Below are positions 46,643-55,085 of a stretch of 64,000 bases of DNA, piece after piece. Origin of the DNA: an uncultured Candidatus Izemoplasmatales bacterium (lineage in GTDB: Bacteria > Bacillota_I > Bacilli_A > Izemoplasmatales > Izemoplasmataceae); the NCBI GenBank assembly GCA_964435595.1, contig CAYSZV010000002.1, forward strand, positions 39,956 to 103,955, written 5' to 3'. Position 1 is the first letter of the stretch. The number at the start of each line of letters is the position of its first letter. A program made the position numbers and the translations under genes. Below the pieces are notes generated by a model. That model was not told where the DNA came from. It did not search any database and saw only the letters and a list, made by a program, of their open reading frames with translations.

Positions 46643-47407
46643 TTATTCAAACTTAGTTAGTGCTTGAAAATAATAGCTACTAATCGAATGACTCTGACCA
46701 TAATCAATCATTCTTCCTTGTTTATCAAACACATAATTTGTTGATTGCAAACTCGCTGCATTCACACTTTCATTTAAAAGTATAGCATTCTCTTTTGTAA
46801 GATTAACGATTTTTGTCGTTCTCTTTGAGATATGGGCTTTGAATCCATAATGCTCTCCAATATAGTTGTTTAGCGGTTCTGTTCCAATGAATTTTTTATC
46901 TAAGTCTTTGAATATATGCAATGGTAAATAGTTTTCCAAGATAATTATTGGACGATTACTTCCAAAATAAATACGGTTAATATACAGATAATCCTTTTTT
47001 TCGTTTGGTTCAAATCCCATGCTAATTGCTTCTTCATCTTCTAGCACTACCACTTTCTTTTCTAAGCACTTGATTGATGGTTCAAGACCCAATTCGATAA
47101 TCGCATCGTAAATAGAAGTGTTTCGTTCGAAGAAATAATTTGTAAGTTCAATATAAGAAACAAGATAATTATGGTTCTCTTTTTTGATATAGTTTTCATT
47201 CGCTAATAGGTTATATGCAGTACTTACTAGTTTCTCTGAAATCTTTAAATGTTTACTCAAAGATTTTACTGTTGGCAATATAGAGTTGTAATAGAATGTT
47301 TGATTTAAAATCAGAGCTTTGATGTTTTCTTTGATTTGGATAGAATAATTAACACGACTTCTTCTATCAATAGTAATCGTATTTTGATTAATCAATTGCA
47401 TGTACAA
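46643..47407 (-). CDS. GntR/HutC-like regulator paralogue with degenerate winged-HTH
   Basis: 254 aa. The HTH region LPTVKSLSKHLKISEKLVSTAYNLLANENYIKKENHNYLVS lacks the usual GxGTFV wing. The C-terminal half is UTRA-like. Confidence 0.6.
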   Translation of the reverse strand: MYMQLINQNTITIDRRSRVNYSIQIKENIKALILNQTFYYNSILPTVKSLSKHLKISEKLVSTAYNLLANENYIKKENHNYLVSYIELTNYFFERNTSIYDAIIELGLEPSIKCLEKKVVVLEDEEAISMGFEPNEKKDYLYINRIYFGSNRPIIILENYLPLHIFKDLDKKFIGTEPLNNYIGEHYGFKAHISKRTTKIVNLTKENAILLNESVNAASLQSTNYVFDKQGRMIDYGQSHSISSYYFQALTKFE

Positions 47408-48116
47408 TCACCTCGAATTCTGTAAATTCACCTGGGTAATAATTAATCAAATATCCAATCACTTCATCCATCTCATTTGTTATCTGAATCTTTAGCAAAT
47501 AGACAGCATCATTCGGATTAATATTTAACAGCAAAGCATTTGCTGAGCTTGCATTATAGGCACTAAATGTTGTATGTATATGTTTTACTTTTATATTATA
47601 TTGTTCTATCAAATCATAAATATTTTTAAATTCTTCAATATTTTCTTCAAACTTTGGAAAGAATTTTTCTGGTAGATATGCTTGTTGTAACAGTCTAGGA
47701 TTATTGTCTTTACAAAATACTGATCCTACTAAAAGATACTTTTCTTCATCATCTAAATTCAACACGCGCATAACACTGTATTCTTTATTCGATTTCCCAA
47801 GTAAGAATGTATTTTTAGTTACCAAATCGTCTTTTTCGAGTTCAAAATGATTGTGAAAATTCGTTCTAAAGGTTGTCCTATTTGTCACATATGTTCCCTT
47901 ACCCTTAATGCGCTTAATAAGGCCATTATTGATAAGTGTTTCATATCCTTTTTTTACTGCTGTTTGACTAATAGAGAACATCTCACAAATTTCTTTTTCT
48001 GTTGGAAGTTTATCATTATACATTAAGATTCCAGACTCAATAGCTTTTGTTATTGAGTCTGCGATTTGCTTGTATATTGATTTTGTTATTAATTTATTTA
48101 TGACAATATAATCCAT
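47388..48116 (-). CDS. GntR family transcriptional regulator, HutC subfamily (UTRA effector domain)
   Basis: LPTEKEICEMFSISQTAVKKGYETLINNGLIKRIKGKGTYV is a canonical GntR wHTH. Confidence 0.85.
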   Translation of the reverse strand: MDYIVINKLITKSIYKQIADSITKAIESGILMYNDKLPTEKEICEMFSISQTAVKKGYETLINNGLIKRIKGKGTYVTNRTTFRTNFHNHFELEKDDLVTKNTFLLGKSNKEYSVMRVLNLDDEEKYLLVGSVFCKDNNPRLLQQAYLPEKFFPKFEENIEEFKNIYDLIEQYNIKVKHIHTTFSAYNASSANALLLNINPNDAVYLLKIQITNEMDEVIGYLINYYPGEFTEFEVIVHAID

Positions 48117-48134
48117 ACTATCACCTCTATAAAA

Positions 48135-49025
48135 CTAGTCTTTTGCTACACCCAATTCCTCAAGTAGTGTACCAACTAATCTTGGTCTTTCTGCTACTAG
48201 TGCACCAACACCAGTTAATGCTTTGATTTTATCTTCAACAGAGCCTTTACCCCCGGTTACAATTGCACCAGCATGCCCCATTTTTTGACCTTTAGGTGCA
48301 GTTCGTCCACCCAAGAAGGCTACCAATGGTTTCGTGAAGATTCCTTGTTCAATCGCATCAGCAACTTCTTCTTCCATTGTACCACCTAACTCACCAATTA
48401 TAACAACAGCTTTTGTTTCTTTATCATTTTCATATAATGGTAAGAACTCAGCAAATCGTGTTCCTGGTACTGGATCTCCCCCAATACCAATCAATGTTGA
48501 TACGCCATATCCTGCCTCTACAACCATTGATGTTACTTCATTTGTCAACGATCCACTTCTAGTCATAATACCAATACTACCTTTTTTATATACTCGTTCA
48601 ATCCAATACGGTAAACTACCCATCATTGCTAGTTCCGGACTAATCACACCCGATGTATTTCCACCAACAACTGTTGCGCCATGTTCTTTAGCTGCTTGAC
48701 GAATTCGAATCATATCATGCAATGGAATTCCATCAGCAATCGTTACTATTTTTTTTATGCCTGCATCTAGCGCTTCCATTACTGCATCGAATGTTAATCT
48801 TGGTGGTACAAACAACATTGATGCTTCAATATTATGAAGTGAAACTGCCTTTTTCACGCTATTATAAACAGGCTTTCCTGCGACAACTTGACCTTCTTTT
48901 CCAGGAGTCACTCCACACACTACATCTGTACCCAATTCTATCATATGCTGTGTCCAAAAGCTTCCTTCTTTTCCAGTAATTCCTTGTACACACACTGTTG
49001 TAGTTCGATTTATAAATATGCTCAT
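48135..49025 (-). CDS. succinyl-CoA synthetase alpha-like subunit of an ADP-forming acyl-CoA ligase (candidate sulfoacetate-CoA ligase subunit)
   Basis: A CoA-binding N-terminus (VQGITGKEG) and the phosphohistidine loop MGHAGAIV. The substrate is inferred from context only. Confidence 0.8.
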   Translation of the reverse strand: MSIFINRTTTVCVQGITGKEGSFWTQHMIELGTDVVCGVTPGKEGQVVAGKPVYNSVKKAVSLHNIEASMLFVPPRLTFDAVMEALDAGIKKIVTIADGIPLHDMIRIRQAAKEHGATVVGGNTSGVISPELAMMGSLPYWIERVYKKGSIGIMTRSGSLTNEVTSMVVEAGYGVSTLIGIGGDPVPGTRFAEFLPLYENDKETKAVVIIGELGGTMEEEVADAIEQGIFTKPLVAFLGGRTAPKGQKMGHAGAIVTGGKGSVEDKIKALTGVGALVAERPRLVGTLLEELGVAKD

Positions 49026-49027
49026 AT

Positions 49028-50146
49028 CTAGACTCCTTTTGCAATTGAAACAGCTTTTCTAACTGCTTCTTCTGTATCAAAGATAGGTTCAAGCCCAGCA
49101 GCTTTCAATGTTTCAACAGCTTCTGCTTCATTTGTCCCACGAATACAAGTAATAATTGGTCGATTAGGTTTCAATTTTGTAATGGCATCAACAATTCCTT
49201 TTGCCATGACATCTGCTCTCGCAATTGTTCCAAATGTAACAATTAAAATTACTTTCGAAGGTACTTTTAAACATATTTCCATTGATTCCAGTGCTTTTTT
49301 GTAGTTTGGTCCACCAAATTCAAGATAATTCGCAATCGTTCCACCTTCATAATGAATTAAATCATATACTGTCGTTGTCAACCCTGCTCCCGCACACATA
49401 AGTCCAATATCTCCATCAAATTGGATAAATGGAATTCCTTCTTGTGCTGCATCATATTCTGCTTCCGTTTTATAATCCGCAAGTTGTTTTTCGTATCTTG
49501 TTTGACGGAACATTGAATTATCATCAATCATTAATTTCCCATCACCTGCTACAACAGAATTATCAGCTGTAACAAATAACGGGTTGATTTCAACCAATTC
49601 AGCATCATATTTATTAAAGATATGGTATAACTTCAAAAATACAGTTCTTAATTGTTTCGCTATTGGCACATCTAGACCCAATCCAAACGCTACTCTTGAA
49701 GCTTGGTAAGGTAATAATCCGTATCGTAAATCGAAAGGTTCTTTTACAATTTTTTCCGGATGATTGACTGCTAAATCTTCAATATCTACTCCACCTTCAA
49801 CGCTTACCATTAACAGACCAGTTGCATGAACTGGATCAACTGTAATTGCACAGTAAATTTCTTGCTTAATATCAACAGCTTCTTCAATCAACAAACTCCT
49901 AATATTCAATTCATGCTCAAATAGTCTTTTGCTTTCTTTCAGCGCTTCTTGTTCCGTTTTTGTAAACACAACTAATCCAGCTTTGCCACGTCCACCACTT
50001 AATACTTGTGATTTGACAACGCAAGGTGTGCCAACAATCTCTAAGGCAGCTTTTGTTTCTTCATACGATGTGATTAATTCACTATTAGGAATAACAATTC
50101 CAGTTTCTTTAAATACTTCTTTTGCTTGATATTCAAATAATTTCAT
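49028..50146 (-). CDS. succinyl-CoA synthetase beta-like ATP-grasp subunit (candidate sulfoacetate-CoA ligase subunit)
   Basis: MKLFEYQAKEVF...VVKSQVLSGGRGKAG is the SucC ATP-grasp signature. At 372 aa it is slightly shorter than canonical SucC. Confidence 0.8.
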   Translation of the reverse strand: MKLFEYQAKEVFKETGIVIPNSELITSYEETKAALEIVGTPCVVKSQVLSGGRGKAGLVVFTKTEQEALKESKRLFEHELNIRSLLIEEAVDIKQEIYCAITVDPVHATGLLMVSVEGGVDIEDLAVNHPEKIVKEPFDLRYGLLPYQASRVAFGLGLDVPIAKQLRTVFLKLYHIFNKYDAELVEINPLFVTADNSVVAGDGKLMIDDNSMFRQTRYEKQLADYKTEAEYDAAQEGIPFIQFDGDIGLMCAGAGLTTTVYDLIHYEGGTIANYLEFGGPNYKKALESMEICLKVPSKVILIVTFGTIARADVMAKGIVDAITKLKPNRPIITCIRGTNEAEAVETLKAAGLEPIFDTEEAVRKAVSIAKGV

Positions 50147-50156
50147 AATACTTCAC

Positions 50157-51557
50157 CTACTTGAATTTCTTGAAATAATCACCAAAAATATCTTCATCCG
50201 TTGGACGCCAATTTGGTAATAATCCACTAACCCAAGTGATATTTAAGAAATGTTTAAAACTAATATTCTCAGTTGTAATATTACCTCCCCAACTACCACA
50301 TCCAAGAGATACAGTTGATGGCATTCCATTAAAGAACGCTCCACCATTCGCTGCTGCTTGAGGTTGGTTCACTACAATACGACTTGACTTCATATTCAAT
50401 CCTAAATGATCAATATACTCTTCTTTGAATGTATGAATACCACAAGAATGTCCAGTACCGTTATTATCAGTTAAGCGAACCAATATCTCGTAGCCTTCTT
50501 TGAATGTATTGTATTTGAAAATCGTCATAACTGGAGAAAGTTTTTCTTTACTAAAGAAGTCTGCTTCAATATTAGAAGCTCCTTCAACTAAGAGTACCTT
50601 AGTATTTTTTGGTACAGATATACCAGCATCACGAGCAATTACTTCTGCACTTCTTGCTACAATACCTGGATTGATTCCACGGTATCCTTTTTTATTCACT
50701 TTCCACATATGTTCTTCTAATAACTGTCTTTCTTGATTACTTACCATATAGCAACCAAGTAATTCAAATTCTTTTATCATATCACCATATACTGATTCTT
50801 GAATAATAACTGAATTTTCACTTGAACAAGACGTTGCATAATCAAATGATTTCGAAGCAAAAATTTTCTTTGCAGCATCGCTTGGAACGGCATCTTCAGC
50901 TACAATTTGGACTGAGTTACCCGGTCCAACTCCATATGCTGGTGTCCCACTTGAATAAGCTGCCCTTACCATTGCACTACCACCAGTAGCTAACACAACA
51001 TCAACTTGTTGCATTAGCTCATTGGTAGCAGAAATAGAAGGTTGTTCAATTATTAGTATTAAATCAGTTGGTGCTCCAACTTTTTCTAATCCTTTTCTCA
51101 TAAAGTCAACTGCCATTTTCGAACAATTCTTGGCTTTCGGATGAGGTGCAAAAATAACTGCATTTCTTCCCTTGACTATTGTTATCGCATTACTCGATGG
51201 TGTAGCTGTTGGATTTGTTACAGGAGTAAGTGCTCCGACAACGCCAACAGGCTTTGCAAATTTCTTAATGTTCTTCGTTTCATCAAACTCGACCAAGCCA
51301 ACGCTTTTCGCACCTTTGATATCCGCCAACACACCCAATACTTTATTCTTATGTTTTTTAATTTTATCTTCAACATTTCCCATTTCAGTTTCAGCAACAG
51401 CTGCTTCTGCTAATTGTTTAATGTTTTCATCATTGTAAACTTCCCAACCAATCGCGATACACACTTCATCAATTTGTTCTTGCGTATAATCTGCAATTTT
51501 TGCTTGGGCAATGCGTGCTCTCTCCACAAGAGAAGCAATCATATCTTTACTTTCCAT
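50157..51557 (-). CDS. CoA-acylating aldehyde dehydrogenase (EutE/PduP/Clostridium SucD family; candidate sulfoacetaldehyde dehydrogenase)
   Basis: 466 aa with TNPTATP, GGSAMV and the catalytic Cys context ATSCSSENS. There is no C-terminal ADH domain. Confidence 0.8.
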   Translation of the reverse strand: MESKDMIASLVERARIAQAKIADYTQEQIDEVCIAIGWEVYNDENIKQLAEAAVAETEMGNVEDKIKKHKNKVLGVLADIKGAKSVGLVEFDETKNIKKFAKPVGVVGALTPVTNPTATPSSNAITIVKGRNAVIFAPHPKAKNCSKMAVDFMRKGLEKVGAPTDLILIIEQPSISATNELMQQVDVVLATGGSAMVRAAYSSGTPAYGVGPGNSVQIVAEDAVPSDAAKKIFASKSFDYATSCSSENSVIIQESVYGDMIKEFELLGCYMVSNQERQLLEEHMWKVNKKGYRGINPGIVARSAEVIARDAGISVPKNTKVLLVEGASNIEADFFSKEKLSPVMTIFKYNTFKEGYEILVRLTDNNGTGHSCGIHTFKEEYIDHLGLNMKSSRIVVNQPQAAANGGAFFNGMPSTVSLGCGSWGGNITTENISFKHFLNITWVSGLLPNWRPTDEDIFGDYFKKFK

Positions 51558-51569
51558 CTTTTTCTCCTT

Positions 51570-52811
51570 TTATCCTAATAATCCTAACCCTGCAACGACT
51601 CCTAAAAATAGAGCGATAAAGGCTAGGGAACTAAATGCTACGATAAACAAATTCTTAAACAACGCTTTTTTATCTACTGTTTTAGGTGAACTAGCTAATG
51701 CCAATGCACCCATAGTAGAAAATGGTGACATCGTTACGATATGTGATGCAACTGCTATTGAAATTGTCAAGACAGTTGGTGATACAACATTTCCTAATTC
51801 TGTTGACAGTCCAACTGTTGTTGGGATAAGTGTCGGCATTACAACACCGACAGCACTAGAAAATATTGACATTACACCTGCTAAGATTGACATAATAGGA
51901 ACTGCAGTATATTCATTCATTAAACTTGCTAAGAAGTTAGAAATCAGTTCTACTCCTCCAACTTCATTTACAACACTAATCAAAACAGCTGTCCCACAAA
52001 TAAGCAGCAATGTAGACCATGGTATATTGAGAATTGCTTCATTTTGATCTGCTGCTCCAATCAATAGTAGTAATACTGAAAATACGATTGCAGCAAATCC
52101 AACATTTATGCCTCCAACAATTACCCAAATGACCAATAAGAATATCGATACTAAGGTAATGATTTGATACTTATCAAATCTACCTGCTGACTCAATTTCA
52201 ACACGATCTCCTCTTAGTTTTAATCCACCTAATACCAAAAATACAATTGCACTGAACGTCGTCATAGAAATAACATTCATTATATAAATAGAGTATCCCA
52301 AATCTCCAACACCATTTGTCATCGCTAAATCTAAAGCAACAATTCCATTAGGTGCCAAAGGTGATAAACCTCCTGCAATACTCCCAGTTATAATCAATGT
52401 CGACATCATCAGCACTGAAATTCTTGTTTTATAAGCTATGACCAATCCAATTGGTAATAACAAGGCACTTGTAGAAATGTTTCCAGGGCCAACTGATGCA
52501 ATAATCAACGCTAAAAAATAGAAGATAATTGGAATGAGTACTTTTCTACCTTTGCTCTGATATATGATAAATTTCGATATTTTTTCCAAGGTTCCATTTA
52601 ATTTTGCAATACTAAACAACAATGTAATTCCTACTGTTGTAAAGAATAACTTAATCGGCCAATAAGAGATAATCGTATTGATCGGAATACCTCCTAGGTA
52701 ATATCCAATGATCAACGAGAACACCAAAGCGATAAGTCCTACATTAATGTTTTTCCAAAACCCTAATATAATTGCAACTACAAGTGAAAGTAATGAGAGT
52801 ATGGCTACCAT
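51570..52811 (-). CDS. ion-transporter superfamily anion permease (CitMHS/ArsB-NhaD-like); candidate sulfoacetate exporter
   Basis: 413 aa with ~11-12 TM segments and an internal two-fold repeat. The family call is approximate and the role is inferred from context. Confidence 0.6.
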   Translation of the reverse strand: MVAILSLLSLVVAIILGFWKNINVGLIALVFSLIIGYYLGGIPINTIISYWPIKLFFTTVGITLLFSIAKLNGTLEKISKFIIYQSKGRKVLIPIIFYFLALIIASVGPGNISTSALLLPIGLVIAYKTRISVLMMSTLIITGSIAGGLSPLAPNGIVALDLAMTNGVGDLGYSIYIMNVISMTTFSAIVFLVLGGLKLRGDRVEIESAGRFDKYQIITLVSIFLLVIWVIVGGINVGFAAIVFSVLLLLIGAADQNEAILNIPWSTLLLICGTAVLISVVNEVGGVELISNFLASLMNEYTAVPIMSILAGVMSIFSSAVGVVMPTLIPTTVGLSTELGNVVSPTVLTISIAVASHIVTMSPFSTMGALALASSPKTVDKKALFKNLFIVAFSSLAFIALFLGVVAGLGLLG

Positions 52812-52829
52812 AATTGCACCTCTCTATTA

Positions 52830-53309
52830 CTACTTATTAAAACTATTTTTTTCGATTTCGCGAACGATAGTTCTAGCTTTTACTAAATTGGCAGCACGCC
52901 AATCTTCTAAGTTTTGTGTGAATTCAGTTTCTAAAAATAGTTTTGCCATTTCAACTCCAACGATAGGTGCGATAATCCATCCACCCATACAAAGTACATT
53001 TGCATCGTTTATTGCACGACATTTTTCAGCAGAAAATGTTGTTTCGCATGCAGCTGCATGTACACCTTCATGCTTATTGGCAACGATACTCATACCCATA
53101 CCAGTTCCACAAATCAAAATACCTCTTTCATAGGTACCTGCTTGAAATGCTTTTGCACCTTTTTCAGCGACTTCAAAGAAAGGCAATGCTTTATCTGGAT
53201 CAAGAGTTCCAATATCATCGAAATCATAATTGTTTTCTTTTAAATATGTTTTAATTGCTTCTTTTAAATTGAATCCTGATTTATCAGATCCTAAAAATAA
53301 TTTTCCCAT
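52830..53309 (-). CDS. RpiB/LacA/LacB family sugar-phosphate isomerase (candidate sulfo-erythrose/erythrulose isomerase)
   Basis: 159 aa with GSDKSGF...ILICGTGMGMSIVANK, typical of RpiB. Confidence 0.82.
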   Translation of the reverse strand: MGKLFLGSDKSGFNLKEAIKTYLKENNYDFDDIGTLDPDKALPFFEVAEKGAKAFQAGTYERGILICGTGMGMSIVANKHEGVHAAACETTFSAEKCRAINDANVLCMGGWIIAPIVGVEMAKLFLETEFTQNLEDWRAANLVKARTIVREIEKNSFNK

Positions 53310-53324
53310 TGTTTTACCTCTTTC

Positions 53325-54265
53325 TTACTTTCTATCTAGTACACGCAAACATGCTTCAACTATGTCTGATGCCATTAAATTATATCGTTTTTGCAAATAA
53401 TCTTGTTGACCTACTTCACCAAATTGGTCTTTGACACCAACGCGCTCCATTGGAACGGGATAATTTTCTACTAAAACCTCTGCTACAGCACTTCCAAGAC
53501 CATTTATAATATTATGGTTTTCAGCTGTGACAATCGCACCAGTTTTCTTTGCTTCATTAATGACAGTTTGCACATCCAACGGTTTGACAGTATGAATATT
53601 AACCAAACTTGCGCTAATCCCTTTATCAGCTAATAGTTTCACTGCTTCCATTGCTTCAACAACCATGATTCCAGTTGCAAAGATTGTAACATCTGTTCCA
53701 TCATTGATTGGTGTTGCTTTTCCCAATTCAAATTCTTGGTCTAAATCAAACACATCAGCATTATATTTACGTGCTAAACGTATATATAATGGTCCCTTGT
53801 GTTCCATAATTTTTGGAAACATATTGTGAAGTTGCACTCCATCCACAGGTTCGAAAATAGTCATAGTAGGAATGTTTCTCATAATACCTACATCTTCAAA
53901 AGACATATGTGTTCCACCATTTAATTGTGCCAAATCCCAGGATCTGATCCTACCATTTTAACGTTTAATCTTGAATATGCTACACTCAACATCACTTGAT
54001 CAAATACACGTCTTGTTGCAAATGGTGTAAAAGAATGTGTAAATGGGATTTTACCCATATTAGATAATCCAGCTGCTACACCAATCATATTTGCTTCTGC
54101 AACACCAACATTGATTGTTCTTTCAGGAAACTCAGCTGTGAATTTCTTTGTTCCAAGTGCAGTTGATAAATCTGCTTCAACAATTACTAAGTTATCATTT
54201 TTTCTTGCATTTTCGATTAATAGATTTGTATATATATCTCTCATGTTATCTGTTTTTAAATTCAT
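53325..54265 (-). pseudogene. transketolase C-terminal (Pyr + C domain) subunit, interrupted by a 1-nt frameshift
   Basis: The ORFs 53921-54265 (...VGVAEANMIGVAAGL...VGSDPGI) and 53325-53933 (AQLNGGTHMSFEDVGIMRNIP...) are contiguous halves. The frames switch at GGGATTTGG (+ 53931-53939). One extra T would give DPGILAQLNGGTH. Confidence 0.85.
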
Positions 54266-55077
54266 TTTTGTAACCTCGCAATCGCTTCTTTGACTTGTTC
54301 TTTTGTCACTGGCATATTATGAGAACTTAATTTACCCTCACAGAAATATGCACCTTTTCCTTTAATTGTATTTAAAATAATCATCGATGGTTTCCCTTTT
54401 TCTTCTTTTGCCGCATCGATTGCTTCAGAAATTGCAATAACATCATGTCCATCAACTACTTGCACATGCCAATTGAAAGCTTCCCATTTTTTATCAAGCG
54501 GAGAAACACCATTAATATCTTTTGTAAATCCATCGATTTGCAACTTATTAAAATCAGTAAATGCAATGATTGTGTCTAATTTAGAAGTTCCTGCAAACAT
54601 TGCTGCTTCCCAAATTTGACCTTCTTGGCTTTCACCATCTCCAATAATCGCATATACATAGTTTTCTTTGTGATCCATTTTTAATGCTGTTGCCATACCA
54701 ACTGCTGCACTAAATCCTTGTCCTAAAGACCCAGTTGTCATATCAATCCCAGTTGTTTGATTCATATCAGTATGTGATGGTAATTTTGTTCCAGGAAGAT
54801 TTAACGTATTTAATAATTCCTTATCAAAATATCCTTTTAATGCTAATACTGCATATACTGCAGGTCCACCATGACCTTTTGACAATACAAATCGATCTCT
54901 ACTTGGTAGGGATGGATTTTGTGGATCAATATTCATTTGATCGAAATACAATACTGCCAATGCATCACAAATTGATAGACTGCCCCCAACATGTCCAATT
55001 CCTAATGTTCCAATACATTCTAATGTGTTAATGCGAATCTCTTTCGCTTTTTGTTCTAAATGTGCTCTTTTGTCCAT
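54262..55077 (-). CDS. transketolase N-terminal (ThDP-binding PP domain) subunit
   Basis: 271 aa with GHVGGSLS, SKGHGGPA and GDGESQEGQIWEA (the ThDP GDG motif). It is a split-type transketolase. Confidence 0.9.
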   Translation of the reverse strand: MDKRAHLEQKAKEIRINTLECIGTLGIGHVGGSLSICDALAVLYFDQMNIDPQNPSLPSRDRFVLSKGHGGPAVYAVLALKGYFDKELLNTLNLPGTKLPSHTDMNQTTGIDMTTGSLGQGFSAAVGMATALKMDHKENYVYAIIGDGESQEGQIWEAAMFAGTSKLDTIIAFTDFNKLQIDGFTKDINGVSPLDKKWEAFNWHVQVVDGHDVIAISEAIDAAKEEKGKPSMIILNTIKGKGAYFCEGKLSSHNMPVTKEQVKEAIARLQK

Positions 55078-55085
55078 GTTTCCTC

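Noticed and set aside
48135-50146. Reading the SucC/SucD-like pair as the TCA-cycle succinyl-CoA synthetase.
   Set aside because: No other TCA genes are present. The pair is translationally packed with an acylating aldehyde dehydrogenase inside a sulfo-sugar locus, so an alternative acyl-CoA substrate is more plausible. Only enzymology can decide.
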